A stretch of DNA of 63,793 bases, filler included, from Reclinomonas americana ATCC 50394 (Eukaryota), in assembly GCA_048213135.1 (NCBI GenBank). It is 7 parts of 3 records of this genome, joined end to end, with 100 filler letters (N's around TTAATTAATTAA, not from the genome) between each part and the next. Parts side by side here need not be neighbours in the genome. Positions count along the whole stretch, not along the records: positions 1 to 20,408 come from PS015211.1; 6 more parts are not named here. One strand, 5' to 3'. The position numbers and the translations under genes were made by a program. A model generated the notes under the pieces. It saw nothing but the letters and a program-made list of their open reading frames with translations. It did not search any database and was not told the DNA's origin. Below, piece after piece: positions 1 to 11,203 of this stretch. Numbering within the stretch: the stretch's first letter is position 1; each line of letters begins with the position of its first letter.

Positions 1-54
1 CCTCTCATGCGATCTCTCCTCGTGTCCCTCGTACAATGCATGGCCACGTGACAG

Positions 55-353
55 CGTGAATGCCTCATGCGAGGTGCTGCGTAATGTGGAGTGCGTTGGG
101 CCGCGGCTGTTTGTGCGCCCGGCCACGCTGTGTGCCAAGTACGGGCAGTTCTACTTTGGCACTGCGCTCATCTTGTCGTGCTTTCTCGGCATATTCGGCG
201 CCGATCGCTTCTACATGGGATACGCGGGATGGGGCGTGGTCAAGCTGCTCACGCTCGGCGGCTTCACCGTGTGGTGGCTCACCGATGTGATTCTCCTTGT
301 GCATTGGGACGCTGACGCCCGCCGATCGCACGCTGTGGGCACGCTATTGGTAA
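55..353 (+). CDS. TM2-domain protein, last exon (5'-partial; 1-nt frameshift near 296-300, probably a sequencing error)
   Basis: After acceptor gtgacag(54): ...TALILSCFLGIFGADRFYMGYAGWGVVKLLTLGGFTVWWLTDVILL, the TM2 DRFY motif. Removing one T gives CIGTLTPADRTLWARYW* (TAA 351-353), a typical TM2D C-terminus. Confidence 0.88.
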
Positions 354-374
354 AGGCCATGTTTCTTTCCTTCA

Positions 375-1784
375 CTACTCGTCGCCTTCCTCTTCTCCTC
401 CTTCGTCCTCGGCAGCTGCGGCGGCGGCGGCGGCGGAACCGCTGCTACTGCCGGCACCACCGTCGGCCTCGCGCACAGCCTCCGCCAGCCACTCGAGCAC
501 CACCTCCACCACTTGTCGCTCTTCGCCGAAAAAGTAGTGGTCGCAGCCTGTGTTAGCTGGTGAGATANNNNNNNNNNNNNNNNNNNNCATACTCTCATGC
601 ACAGACGGCGCGCGTGGAGCTGCTACCATCGAACTCGGCCTGCCACTTGGGCTGGGAGAGCTTTTCGTAGAACGAGCGGAAGCGAGACATGCCGGTGAAC
701 GAGTCTGTGGGACCACGAAAAATGAGGAGAAGGCAAGTGGAACGTAGAGGGGCGGTGGCACACACACCGCGAGACCCTGCAGCACACAATAATGAGATCA
801 CGGCGGCACTGGGAAGAAAAACACACACGCATACCATTGGTGAACAACTTGGGCTTTGGGCTGTCGACCAACTGCACGCAGGAACTCGCTCGTCAAGCAC
901 CGACCACCTCCACGACACACGCGCAAAGGCACGAGCACAAATAGAAACCTTCAGGTGATGCCCGAGCAGAAAACCGCTAAAGAACCCTGCCGGCATCGAG
1001 ATACCAGCGTAGCCTGACACGCGCTCCAACCGCGGCGCCACACTGCACGCTGCGAGCACACACACACACTCAGCCTCACATCGCCCCCCACTCAGGCAGT
1101 GGAGACGCACCAACACTGGCACCAAACGAGTAGCCGACAATCCACAACGAGTCGATTCGCGGTGGTCGTTTGGCCATCAGTGCCGCCTCCTGCGGCGACA
1201 CAGCTCCCTCCTCCTGCGGCTTCCCACTCTCGCGCTCCTGCATGAACGTCGACACCATCCACTCGTACGCAGTCACCACGTCCTGTCGCTCACTCGTGCC
1301 TCGCCACGACGACGATCCCACTGCAGTCGCAGAGCAATTGCTAAGGCATTGTGGTGAAGCTCTCTCTCTCTCTTTCCTTCTCTTGCGCAACTGGAGCGAC
1401 CGACTCCGCGAAAGTCAAAGCGCAGAGTGAGGTAGCCTCGAGCGGCGAGACTGACAGCCAGTGCACGCACGACGTTGTTCTTCATGTCGCCTCCGAACTT
1501 TGGATGCGGATGTGTAATGATCACACCAACTGATCATCCATGCGTGAGAGAGAGAGAGAGACAGCGTGTGTGTGCGTCTGTGGGAGAGGCAGAGGAGAGG
1601 CGCAACTGGGTCGCTGGAGTGAGTGCGTGTCGACGTAGCTGAGCATGCCGGAGAGGTTGGGCGCGGAAGGGTCGGAGGTCGACTCCAGGATCACATCCTC
1701 CTCGATCAGCATGGCCTTTTGTCGATCACGAGCTCGCTGGCGTGCCTGTGCGCGACTCGATGATGATGCCGAGGACGATGCCAT
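375..1784 (-). CDS. Alpha/beta-fold hydrolase (COG2945-like), multi-exon
   Basis: Spliced exons give IGVIITHPHPKFGGDMKNNVV...RFDFRGVGRS, nucleophile motif GYSFG, NGSRDSF (via 9-nt microexon 768-776) and CDHYFF; stop TAG 375-377. Confidence 0.88.
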
Positions 1785-2444
1785 GGCGTTCGAGGGAGGA
1801 CGATGACAACAACGAAGACATGGCAGGACAAACGGGCGTAGAAAGGGATGGCAACCAATGGGCGTACGGGGGGAGAAAGGCTCATTATATTCAGCAGCAA
1901 GTGCGTGGGCGGTGTGGAAAGAGAACAATTGGAGAAAGACAACGTACAGTGAGGTTGGGAGTGCGTGCGCACGACAAAAACACTAGGATGCGGAAACTTC
2001 TCCCCTTGTCCTGCACCAACCACTGCCAGCTGCTGCTACTGCCAAAGCCATTAAACGACACGCGACTTGGCAGACAGCAGAACATGGGTGGGGGCGCACA
2101 GACAAAAAAAGCACGATCACGAGAGGAGCGGCAATCACAGGGGGACATCCGTGGCGATCACAGAAAAAAAGGTGGCAAACCATCGACGGAGAAGACATGG
2201 ACTAGGGCGATGGCAAAGAGAAGAGAGAGAAACACACACATTTGGACACGCGCAAACACGCACAAAATAAGAAACAACAACAGGCAAACAAGAGGCTTTG
2301 ATAAAAAAGGGAGAAAGACGCAAGATGGGAATGAAAAAAACACAATTGGGATTTGATTGGGGTTGGAGCACGGGGGGTGGGGGGAGGCAGGACGGGGCCG
2401 CGGATCCGTGCTCCCGAGGGCGACACATGTGGGCACTAACGCGC

Positions 2445-3056
2445 TCACAGCTCGTCGAACTCATCCTCGGGGTCAAAGTCGAATGACGTCTCCCACTCGA
2501 CCTGCCACACACACTCACTCGTCAGCAAGCAGCGCAAAGGAAAGGGAAGGAGGAGAAGGAGGCAGAGAGGAGAGAGCAGGAGAGATGTGTGTGTGCCTGT
2601 GTCGAAACCAACCTCATCACTAGGTACTCGGAAGTGGAAACCAAAGTTCTTGCCACGCTCGATTCGACTGTAATGTACGCCGGCGTTCTTGCTGCTACTC
2701 GCGGTCGAATACTCGTCGTCTTCGTCCTCTTCTTGTGTCGACATTTCCATGTCGACGTGCTTGCTGCTCCAGCAGGGGATGATGATGATGATGAGTACGG
2801 CAATCAGTACACAACCATGACAAGAGGTCGTGTGAGCGCAACTTTTCGGCCGAACATGTGAAGAAGAGGATGCGGTGCATGCGCCGGTTGACAAAGAACA
2901 GGTAGAAGGACCAGATCTTGCCCTCGTCGAGGCCCGAGTCGGCGTCGGAGAAGGAGAAGATCTCGGCGTCCTTGACAGAGATGGCGGCGTCGATGGCGGA
3001 CCAGATCTCGCCCAAAAGCCGGGGCGGCAGCGCGGCGGGTGAAAGCGACAGGTTGA
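2445..3056 (-). CDS. MAF1: MAF1 (Pol III repressor), C-terminal half
   Basis: LLGEIWSAIDAAISVKDAEIFSF...GKIWSFYLFFVNRRMHRILFFTC is the MAF1 C box, followed by an acidic tail ending DEFDEL*. Confidence 0.88.
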   Translation of the reverse strand, partial: STCRFHPPRCRPGFWARSGPPSTPPSLSRTPRSSPSPTPTRASTRARSGPSTCSLSTGACTASSSSHVRPKSCAHTTSCHGCVLIAVLIIIIIPCWSSKHVDMEMSTQEEDEDDEYSTASSSKNAGVHYSRIERGKNFGFHFRVPSDEVGFDTGTHTSLLLSPLCLLLLLPFPLRCLLTSECVWQVEWETSFDFDPEDEFDEL

Positions 3057-4437
3057 NNNNNNNNNNNNNNNNNNNNNNNNNNNNNNNNNNNNNNNNNNNN
3101 NNNNNNNNNNNNNNNNNNNNNNNNNNNNNNNNNNNNNNNNNNNNNNNNNNNNNNNNNNNNNNNNNNNNNNNNNNNNNNNNNNNNNNNNNNNNNNNNNNNN
3201 NNNNNNNNNNNNNNNNNNNNNNNNNNNNNNNNNNNNNNNNNNNNNNNNNNNNNNNNNNNNNNNNNNNNNNNNNNNNNNNNNNNNNNNNNNNNNNNNNNNN
3301 NNNNNNNNNNNNNNNNNNNNNNNNNNNNNNNNNNNNNNNNNNNNNNNNNNNNNNNNNNNNNNNNNNNNNNNNNNNNNNNNNNNNNNNNNNNNNNNNNNNN
3401 NNNNNNNNNNNNNNNNNNNNNNNNNNNNNNNNNNNNNNNNNNNNNNNNNNNNNNNNNNNNNNNNNNNNNNNNNNNNNNNNNNNNNNNNNNNNNNNNNNNN
3501 NNNNNNNNNNNNNNNNNNNNNNNNNNNNNNNNNNNNNNNNNNNNNNNNNNNNNNNNNNNNNNNNNNNNNNNNNNNNNNNNNNNNNNNNNNNNNNNNNNNN
3601 NNNNNNNNNNNNNNNNNNNNNNNNNNNNNNNNNNNNNNNNNNNNNNNNNNNNNNNNNNNNNNNNNNNNNNNNNNNNNNNNNNNNNNNNNNNNNNNNNNNN
3701 NNNNNNNNNNNNNNNNNNNNNNNNNNNNNNNNNNNNNNNNNNNNNNNNNNNNNNNNNNNNNNNNNNNNNNNNNNNNNNNNNNNNNNNNNNNNNNNNNNNN
3801 NNNNNNNNNNNNNNNNNNNNNNNNNNNNNNNNNNNNNNNNNNNNNNNNNNNNNNNNNNNNNNNNNNNNNNNNNNNNNNNNNNNNNNNNNNNNNNNNNNNN
3901 NNNNNNNNNNNNNNNNNNNNNNNNNNNNNNNNNNNNNNNNNNNNNNNNNNNNNNNNNNNNNNNNNNNNNNNNNNNNNNNNNNNNNNNNNNNNNNTGCTCT
4001 TACATGTGTGCTTGTGTGTGTGAGAGAGGGGAAATGGTGAAAGTGAGGATATGTGCGCGCGCGTGTGAGTGAGAGTGAACAGCACACGTGATTCCTTTGT
4101 GTGAGTGCGTGGGGCGTCTCATTGCCACGGCTTCTCATTAGCGGTTACTTGCAGTCACACATACACACACTCTCCAGAGATAATGAGAGAAAGAGAGAAA
4201 GAGAGAAAGAGTGAGCTCACACAGAGGCACGTGCGAGATGATGAAAGTGCACTTGAGTGTGTGTGTTTGGTAGGTGTCCGCACTATGTTTACTCACGCGC
4301 ACACGTGTGTGTGTCTCTCTCTCTGTGTGTGTGTCTCTGTGTGTGTACAGGCGTGGGGACTGCTACATTTTGATCAACAACATCAACAACAACAACATCC
4401 AATCAACAATCAACATCAACAGCATTGAAAATCAGTC

Positions 4438-5194
4438 ATGAAACCTATTGACTCACCCGGACTCGGCAACGCCAACAGTACGCTGGCCTCGCTCGACGCA
4501 GGCGAGGCACTAATATCTGGGAGGTTGGAGTTGTACTCGGCAAAACCCGACAACACCGACAAGGAGATGGCGAGAGCGCTGGAGAAGAAGTTTGACGATG
4601 AGATGTACTTTGACGAGAGTTGCGTGCTGCGTGGTGAGACAGAGAGGGAGAGTGAGAAGGAGATGGGCGGCGGCGGCGGCGGCGGCGGAGGTGAGATGCA
4701 CTTGGAGAGGAGTTGTGTGGCGCGAAATGGGGAGACTCGGAGGTGACGGGGCAGATTGGCGGAGTTGTGGGATTACGCGCGACTGTGTAGTTGACAGGAG
4801 AGAGTAGTAGGCAAGGGGAGACTTGGGAGATGACGGAGTTGTGGGATTATTCTCTACCTGCAGGGAAATGCAGGGAGGGACGATTGTATTCTTCATCTGA
4901 CATGGTGCAAGTGGATCATATGAGACAAGGGGAGCATGCCGACGAGGGGAATGGAACATGTCTCTCATCCTTCTCTCTCTCCAACCGCAGGTGGCACACC
5001 TGGACTACCCACCATCAGCCCCACGTCACCCTACGGCGGCTCACCTTTCTCCTGGGAGGACTCGAGCAACACGCGGAGGACATTTGTGCAACTCATCACG
5101 ACACTCAACCAGGCCTTCCCCGACTACGACTTCTCGTCAGTAAGGCCTCAGTCGTTCATGCGCGAGACCTCGGCGGAGATGGTGGCCAACAGCG
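4438..5194 (+). CDS. MAF1: MAF1 N-terminal half, on a contig inverted relative to the C-terminal half
   Basis: MKPID...ISGRLELYSAK (A box); intron 4619-4990; RRTFVQLITTLNQAFPDYDFSSVRP (B box). Ends AAC AGC G, which joins TC AAC CTG at 3056(-) in frame (NSVNL). Confidence 0.88.
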
Positions 5195-5274
5195 NNNNNN
5201 NNNNNNNNNNNNNNTCACACGTGGTGTGTGTGGAAGTTGAAAGTTGAAAGTTGACGAATCCTTTTTGTTGTGCA

Positions 5275-6204
5275 GCCGACCACTGCGCAGGAGCGCCTGT
5301 TGCGCCACACGGCGTCATCGGAGGCCGCTCGGTCACCCACCGCTGCCGCTGCACCGGGTGGCAGTCCGCAAAAGGGCGACGATGCCATGTTCCGGCCGCA
5401 GATCAACTCCAACAGCCGCGAGATGGAGAGGCGCACGGGCCCGCGCACCGATCGCAATCTGGCGTTGTTTGAGCTGGTTGGTTCCTGTGTTCTCTCCCCC
5501 TTCACATCATTGGCACTCATTTTCCTTCTCCGCAGAGCAAGCGCAAGCGCGAAGCTCAGGAGCAACAGAACCGCCAGCAGGCGATTGAGGAGAAGGAGCT
5601 GGAGGAGTGCACGTTTTCGCCCAAGATCCGCAAGCCGCGTGGCGGGTTCGTCTTCAGCCACCCCCTGTTCCTCCTCCCTTGTGCAGCTATCTTACGCCCT
5701 CTCTGGTGTTCCTCGCGCAGTGGTAACCTGGCCGGCAGCGTTGTCGACCGTGCGCATCAGTGGGCCAAGAATCGCCAGAGCCGCATACAGAGTGAGCAGG
5801 ATTCGCGCGCACAGGAGGAGCTCAAGGAGTGCACGTTTACGCCCAAGATTTCGGTGAGGATCATTGTCGCTCATGAACGAATGCGTATGTCTACAGCGTC
5901 CTCACCCTTTCCCTCCCTCCCTCTGTTTAGGGACCTCCGAGGACACCGGTCAGTGGCAGTCTGACGCCGCGCAGCCCATTGGCCAGCGCCGTGAGCGATG
6001 TGGCGCCGTCGCCATCGGCGGGCTCGGTGGCACCGGGCGTGGATGAGTACGTGGAGCGCGTGCGCAGCGCGCGCAAGAAGAAGGAGGAGCTGGAAAAGTC
6101 GACATTTGTGTCGGGCGCCAACTGGCAGCCGCGCCTCACCAAGGGCAAGGCACCGAAGCTCGGCCGCGAGGCACACGATGTGAGCATCAAGTCGCTGAAG
6201 AGGG
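5275..6204 (+). CDS. Coiled-coil protein with recurring (T)FxPxI motifs, third segment (inverted contig, 3'-partial)
   Basis: Spliced exons with MFRPQIN, ECTFSPKI and ECTFTPKI; continues the gene from segment 6442-6990. Confidence 0.65.
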
Positions 6205-6441
6205 TACGTGGATATGCGGAAAGAGGGGGACAGGGGGAAAGGAAATCGGTGATCTCATACNNNNNNNNNNNNNNNNNNNNNNNNNNNNNNNNNNNNNNNN
6301 NNNNNNNNNNNNNNNNNNNNNNNNNNNNNNNNNNNNNNNNNNNNNNNNNNNNNNNNNNNNNNNNNNNNNNNNNNNNNNNNNNNNNNNNNNNNNNNNNNNN
6401 NNNNNNNNNNNNNNNNNNNNNNNNNNNNNNNNNNNNNTTAG

Positions 6442-6990
6442 ATGCAAAACCACGAGCAAACTCGCGCGGCGCTGGCCGAGCGCCTGAAGGACAAGGCCGA
6501 TGGGGAGGTGCGCGATTCACCCGAGATCAATTCACGGTCGCGCATGCTGGCCCTGAAGCACGGTCGTGAGGCGCGCGTGGAGGATCGCCTGCTCGGCAAG
6601 CGACGAGAGTTTGAGCAGAAGCTGGCGGAGCAGCAGGTGACGGAGGTCAGCGAGACGGCGCCCGGCAATCCGCGCATCACTGCGCTGGCGGCCTCGCTGG
6701 TGCGTCACGGCGACGTGTCTGAGCGCTTGTACGGACTGGCGACACAAATGGCGCGTAAGCGCGAGGAGAGCGCCGACGAGGCGACTCGGGCGCAGGCCTT
6801 CCAGCCGCGCATCAATGCAGCGTCGGGCTTTTCGGCGCTGCGGACGCTGCCGATTGAGGTGGATTTGTTGGAGCGCGCGCGTGAAAAGGAGCTGACGCGC
6901 AAGGCCCGCATTGAGCGTGAGCAGGCCGAGCAGGGACTGCGACATCGCCCACAGATCGATCCGCACTCGGAGGAGATTGCGGCGCGCCTG
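6442..6990 (+). CDS. Coiled-coil (T)FxPxI-motif protein, second segment (inverted contig)
   Basis: ttag|MQNHEQ...DSPEIN...AFQPRIN...HRPQID...ARL|gtacgt; phase-0 continuation of the exon ending HLYYHW at ~7233(-). Confidence 0.65.
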
Positions 6991-7232
6991 GTACGTGTCA
7001 CNNNNNNNNNNNNNNNNNNNNNNNNNNNNNNNNNNNNNNNNNNNNNNNNNNNNNNNNNNNNNNNNNNNNNNNNNNNNNNNNNNNNNNNNNNNNNNNNNNN
7101 NNNNNNNNNNNNNNNNNNNNNNNNNNNNNNNNNNNNNNNNNNNNNNNNNNNNNNNNNNNNNNNCGAACGCGCGCGGCGCAGATGTGAGCGAGAAGGAGAA
7201 AGGGGAAGGACGAGGAGGCAATAAAGACGCAC

Positions 7233-8204
7233 CCAATGATAGTACAAGTGCTGCTCCACGCCCTCATAGTGGCGCTTCTTGGAGGCCTCCGAGATGCGCG
7301 GCTTAAACGTGAGCTCTGGATCCGGCTCCTCCACCTTCTCCTTCTCCTTCTGCTCCCGCATCTCACGCCGCTTGGCCGCCATCTCCAGCAGCCGCTCCTC
7401 CACCGGCTTGGAGTGATCATACGACACAGTGTGCAAGCGCGCAATCGACGGCGTGCCCGTGACCTCCGCCTGCTGCCGCGCCAGCTCCTCAGCGCGCAGA
7501 CGCTCCAGCTTCTCCTTGTACTCCTTGCCCTTGTTCAGCAGGATCTCCTCAATCTGTGACGCGCGCGCGCGCGCCTGAGTGAGCATCGCATTAGGCGGGC
7601 CCGCTCTGTGGAGAAACGCAACTGGAGGACGCGTCCCGCCCGTGCTATGGCTGCGACGTGGCGCCGGCGACACACTGCTCGCCGCAGCACCACCTGCTGC
7701 TGCTGCCAGTGGCGATCCACTGCCATCGCTCTCTCCATCTGCATCGATCGAGATCCAGTTAGATGACACATGTGCTGTGTGCTGTGTAGTGAGAGAGAGA
7801 GAATCCACGCAACCGTGTTGTTGCTGTTGTTGCTTTAATGATCCACCACTGCGCGCACTCAGTGGCGCCTGTGGCACCTGCTGCTGACGCACCCACTCGG
7901 TGTGGTCGTCCAGCTCGCTCTGTTGGGCCCTCAGTTGCTCATTCTGTCGACTCAACTGCTCATGCCTGGAGAGAAGAACAAGAGAGTGAGCAAGAGAGTG
8001 AGCAAGATGTGTGTGAGTGCATGTGTCTGTCGGCACGAAAAGGAACGGTTTGTGTGAAGTGTGTGTGTGTGTTGGTATTGTGTCACTTCGACGTGTCTAT
8101 CTTTCTCTCTCTGCGCGTGTGCTGTGTGCGTGCTGCTTGTGTGCGCGTGTGTGCGTGTGATGACGCAACACTCGACGCGCAAGTGGGTTGTCAAACTCGG
8201 CCAT
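7233..8204 (-). CDS. Coiled-coil (T)FxPxI-motif protein, N-terminal segment
   Basis: ATG 8204 MAEFDNPLARRV|HEQLSRQ...ELTFKPRISEASKKR...HLYYHW|gtgcgt; function not recognised. Confidence 0.65.
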
Positions 8205-8451
8205 TCCTCCGAATCGCACACAAGACACTGCTGAAAAAACACACACAAACACTAACACTCACTGCGACACACTATACGCGCGCACACACGAGAGAGAGAT
8301 CACACAGACACACAAAAAAATAAAGAGACGAGGCACGCGCAGTGGAGGCGATGTGGAAAAAGTGTGTGTGCGCAATGAGAGCCAGTGTGTGGACAATGCG
8401 CAACTGTCCGCACCGGCTCGCGCGCAAAAACGGCCACTCAAAATCGAAAAC

Positions 8452-11112
8452 ATGGATCTGAGTGCGCGTGGAATGGACATTGACATTGCCATTGCCTCTG
8501 CGCGTGGTGGTGGTGGTGATGCTGACGCAGAGGAGGGTGCGAGCAGTGTGGGAGGCAGTGGCGGTCGACTGGGCATTCATGTGGCGGAGGAGGGCGGTGA
8601 GTCGTCTGCGCCTTCATCGGCACCGTCGCCCATGTCGGCCAATCCATCGGATGAACGGTGGGCGTTGCGGCAGCAGGCGGTGTCGTTGCATCGAGGAGCA
8701 TCGTTGCGTTTGATGATATGATGATTGTTGATGACGAGTGGGTTGTTTTATTGCATATGTAACTTGTGCGTTTTTGTGCTGGGATAGAGTTCGACTGGGT
8801 GCGCGACGCAAGCTGGTGAGCCTCTTCTCTCCCTGTTTGTCTTTGTGTGCGTGTGTGCGTGTGGCCACCGTGGGACTCACTGATCCCTCTTGGCATGTTC
8901 GGTTGTTCAGAAATTTGGATGTGGTATGCTGCTTCTCCTCCTTCCCGCAGCGACCGGGCACCTGTTGTTTATGTAGCTGTGTTGTGTAGGATGGGACATG
9001 GACGAGCATGTGGGACTGGGAGCGGTCGATCTCGACGTGTCGTGCTGTTGCGCAGTTTGCATGTCCGCCTCCGCGACGACGATGCGTTATCTTGGCTGGG
9101 CACTCAATTTCGTTTGTGACTGCCCAGGCACGTTTTCGCGCAATGGTGAGCCGCAAGAGTCGGTGTGGTTCCGCAAACTGCGCAACGACAATGGATCGAT
9201 TGTGCACTCGGGCGATAACCGCACGGGCGAGGGCGATGGCGACGATGAGACGGTGCTGGTCGATTTTGATTTGGTGCCGGCCGGTGTGCATGTTGCGTTG
9301 CGCGTTGCAGTGTGTGGTGCCGCGCCCCCTACCACCGCGTTCGTTCTCACTCGGGTCTGCATGCACACAGGCGGTCTTTATTGTGCTGAACAGCTTTTCG
9401 GGCGTTTCATTCGAGCACGTTCGATCGGCGCACTGTCGTGTGCTGGACTCGAAGAACGACAAGCCCGTGTGGTGGATGTCGGTGGATGCGGCGGGTCCGC
9501 ACACAGGTTTGCGCTGACAGGCTCTGTGCACGCGCATTCGTGTTCACCCGACTCACTGCGACACAGGCCTGCTGCTGTGCAAGGTGTACCGCGAGGGCAT
9601 CGATTGGGTGCTGCACAGTGTGTCGGAACCGGCGCCGGGTCGGACCATTGACGACCTGATGCGTGTCATGCAGCAAGTGGTGGAGGCCGATTTTCCTTCT
9701 GGCGAGCCCTGCAGCGAGGAGAAGCTGTGCAATGCACTGAGCGTCGTTGCGTCGACCCCACACAAGAATGCGGAGGGAGTGTTCGCAGGCTGAAAATGTT
9801 GTTGTTGCATGGCAGATCCGACTGCTGCCCGACGGCGAAAACTACGGCTTCTCACAACTGGACCTGGCCGACGCTGGCATCCTCGACTTGGGTGGCACGG
9901 CGCGCATGTCGACGCTGTTGCACGTGAACATTTCGAAGAATGCCATTCGCGATGTGTCTCCCCTCGGCGAGCTGCCACACCTGCTCAGCTGTACCGCGCA
10001 ACACAACATTGTGCACGACATTACGCCGCTAATGCAAAGAGGTGCGACATTGGCGATGAGAGAGAGAGAGAGAGACAGAAGCGAGTGTGTGTGTGAAAGA
10101 GATACGAGTGTTGTGCTCACTGATAACCTCCCTCCCCCCCCNNNNNNNNNNNNNNNNNNNNCTACTACCCTACCCCCCACCCCCACCCCCCCCCACCCCC
10201 CACCACACACACACAGAATCACTTGAACACCTGGACATGCATGACAATAGTCTGCGTTACATGCGCGGTCAAGCCGCCTGCGCCAATCTGCAAACCCTAA
10301 TCCTCTCTGGTCAGTGTCTTCCACTTTCACTCTCTTCCCCTCCCTCCGCCTCACCATCGCTGGCGACAGAGAATTCCATCATGATCTTTGACATGACGGG
10401 CCTGATGTCTGTGCGACACCTCGACCTCAGCACCAACGCCCTCTCACAACTGCCGAAACTGGACTCGCCGGTGCTGGAGACCATGAGCCTGGCTAGCAAC
10501 GCCATTTTCAAGCTGGACGGCCTCTCTCGCTTCCAGTCCGTGCGCAGCCTCACCCTCAACACCAACAGAATTTCGTCGCTTGCCGAGTTTGCCACCGCCG
10601 GCCTCGTGCACCTCACCTCGCTGAATCTGTGCGACAACCACCTGGCCAGCATCAAGGAGTTTGCGCATCTGAGACACCTGCCGAGCCTGACTGAGCTGGA
10701 CGCCAGAGGTGAGCGCAAGCAGTGAGCGGACGACAGATGCGCCCCAGCATCCCTAACCCGCCCCTCGGTGAGCACAGAGAATCTGGAGGAGTTCCCACCT
10801 GGCGACATTCACGCCATGCTCTTTGACCCGCAAGGCATCGTCGTCACGACGCCCGGTCCCAACATAAGGATGCTGGTGAGAAGCGACAACCACCGCGCCA
10901 TCTCTTTCTCTCTCTCTCTTCTGCGACGGGCTGCTAACCTCTATCTTCGACAGAACGCCAGCGAGGTCGAAGAATCGGAAATCGAGGTCGCCCGCGAGCG
11001 TGCCGTATCTCTCTGGGAAGAGGAACAAGCCGCAATTGCCGCTGCTGAGGCCGCTGCCGCCGAGGCCGCACTGGAGGAGCGACCAATGAGTGAAATGGGC
11101 GAGCAGGACTGA
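8452..11112 (+). CDS. TerD/TerZ-domain + LRRC23-like leucine-rich-repeat fusion protein (~11 introns)
   Basis: Spliced: KFGCGWD...DLDVSC...SIVHSGDNRTGEGDGDDE...LNSFSGVSF...GLLLCKVYREGIDW (TerD), then in frame LSVIRLLPDGENYGFSQLDL...LLHVNISKNAIRDVSPL...LNLCDNHLASIKEFAHLRHLPSLTEL (LRRC23-like). Confidence 0.8.
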
Positions 11113-11203
11113 GCGAGAGGAGAGAGGAGAAGGAAGAAAGCATCCAATGAATTCAATCCACTTTGACTGACTCTTTCCTCACTTTTATTCTTCCTCCGCT
11201 GTC

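Noticed and set aside
290-353. Frameshift in the TM2 gene as programmed frameshifting or a pseudogene
   Set aside because: One extra T in a short homopolymer explains it; no slippery site or other decay.
2445-4138. Long ORFs spanning N runs, and antisense/shadow ORFs throughout the track
   Set aside because: Artefacts of gaps, microsatellites and high GC; no recognisable protein signal.
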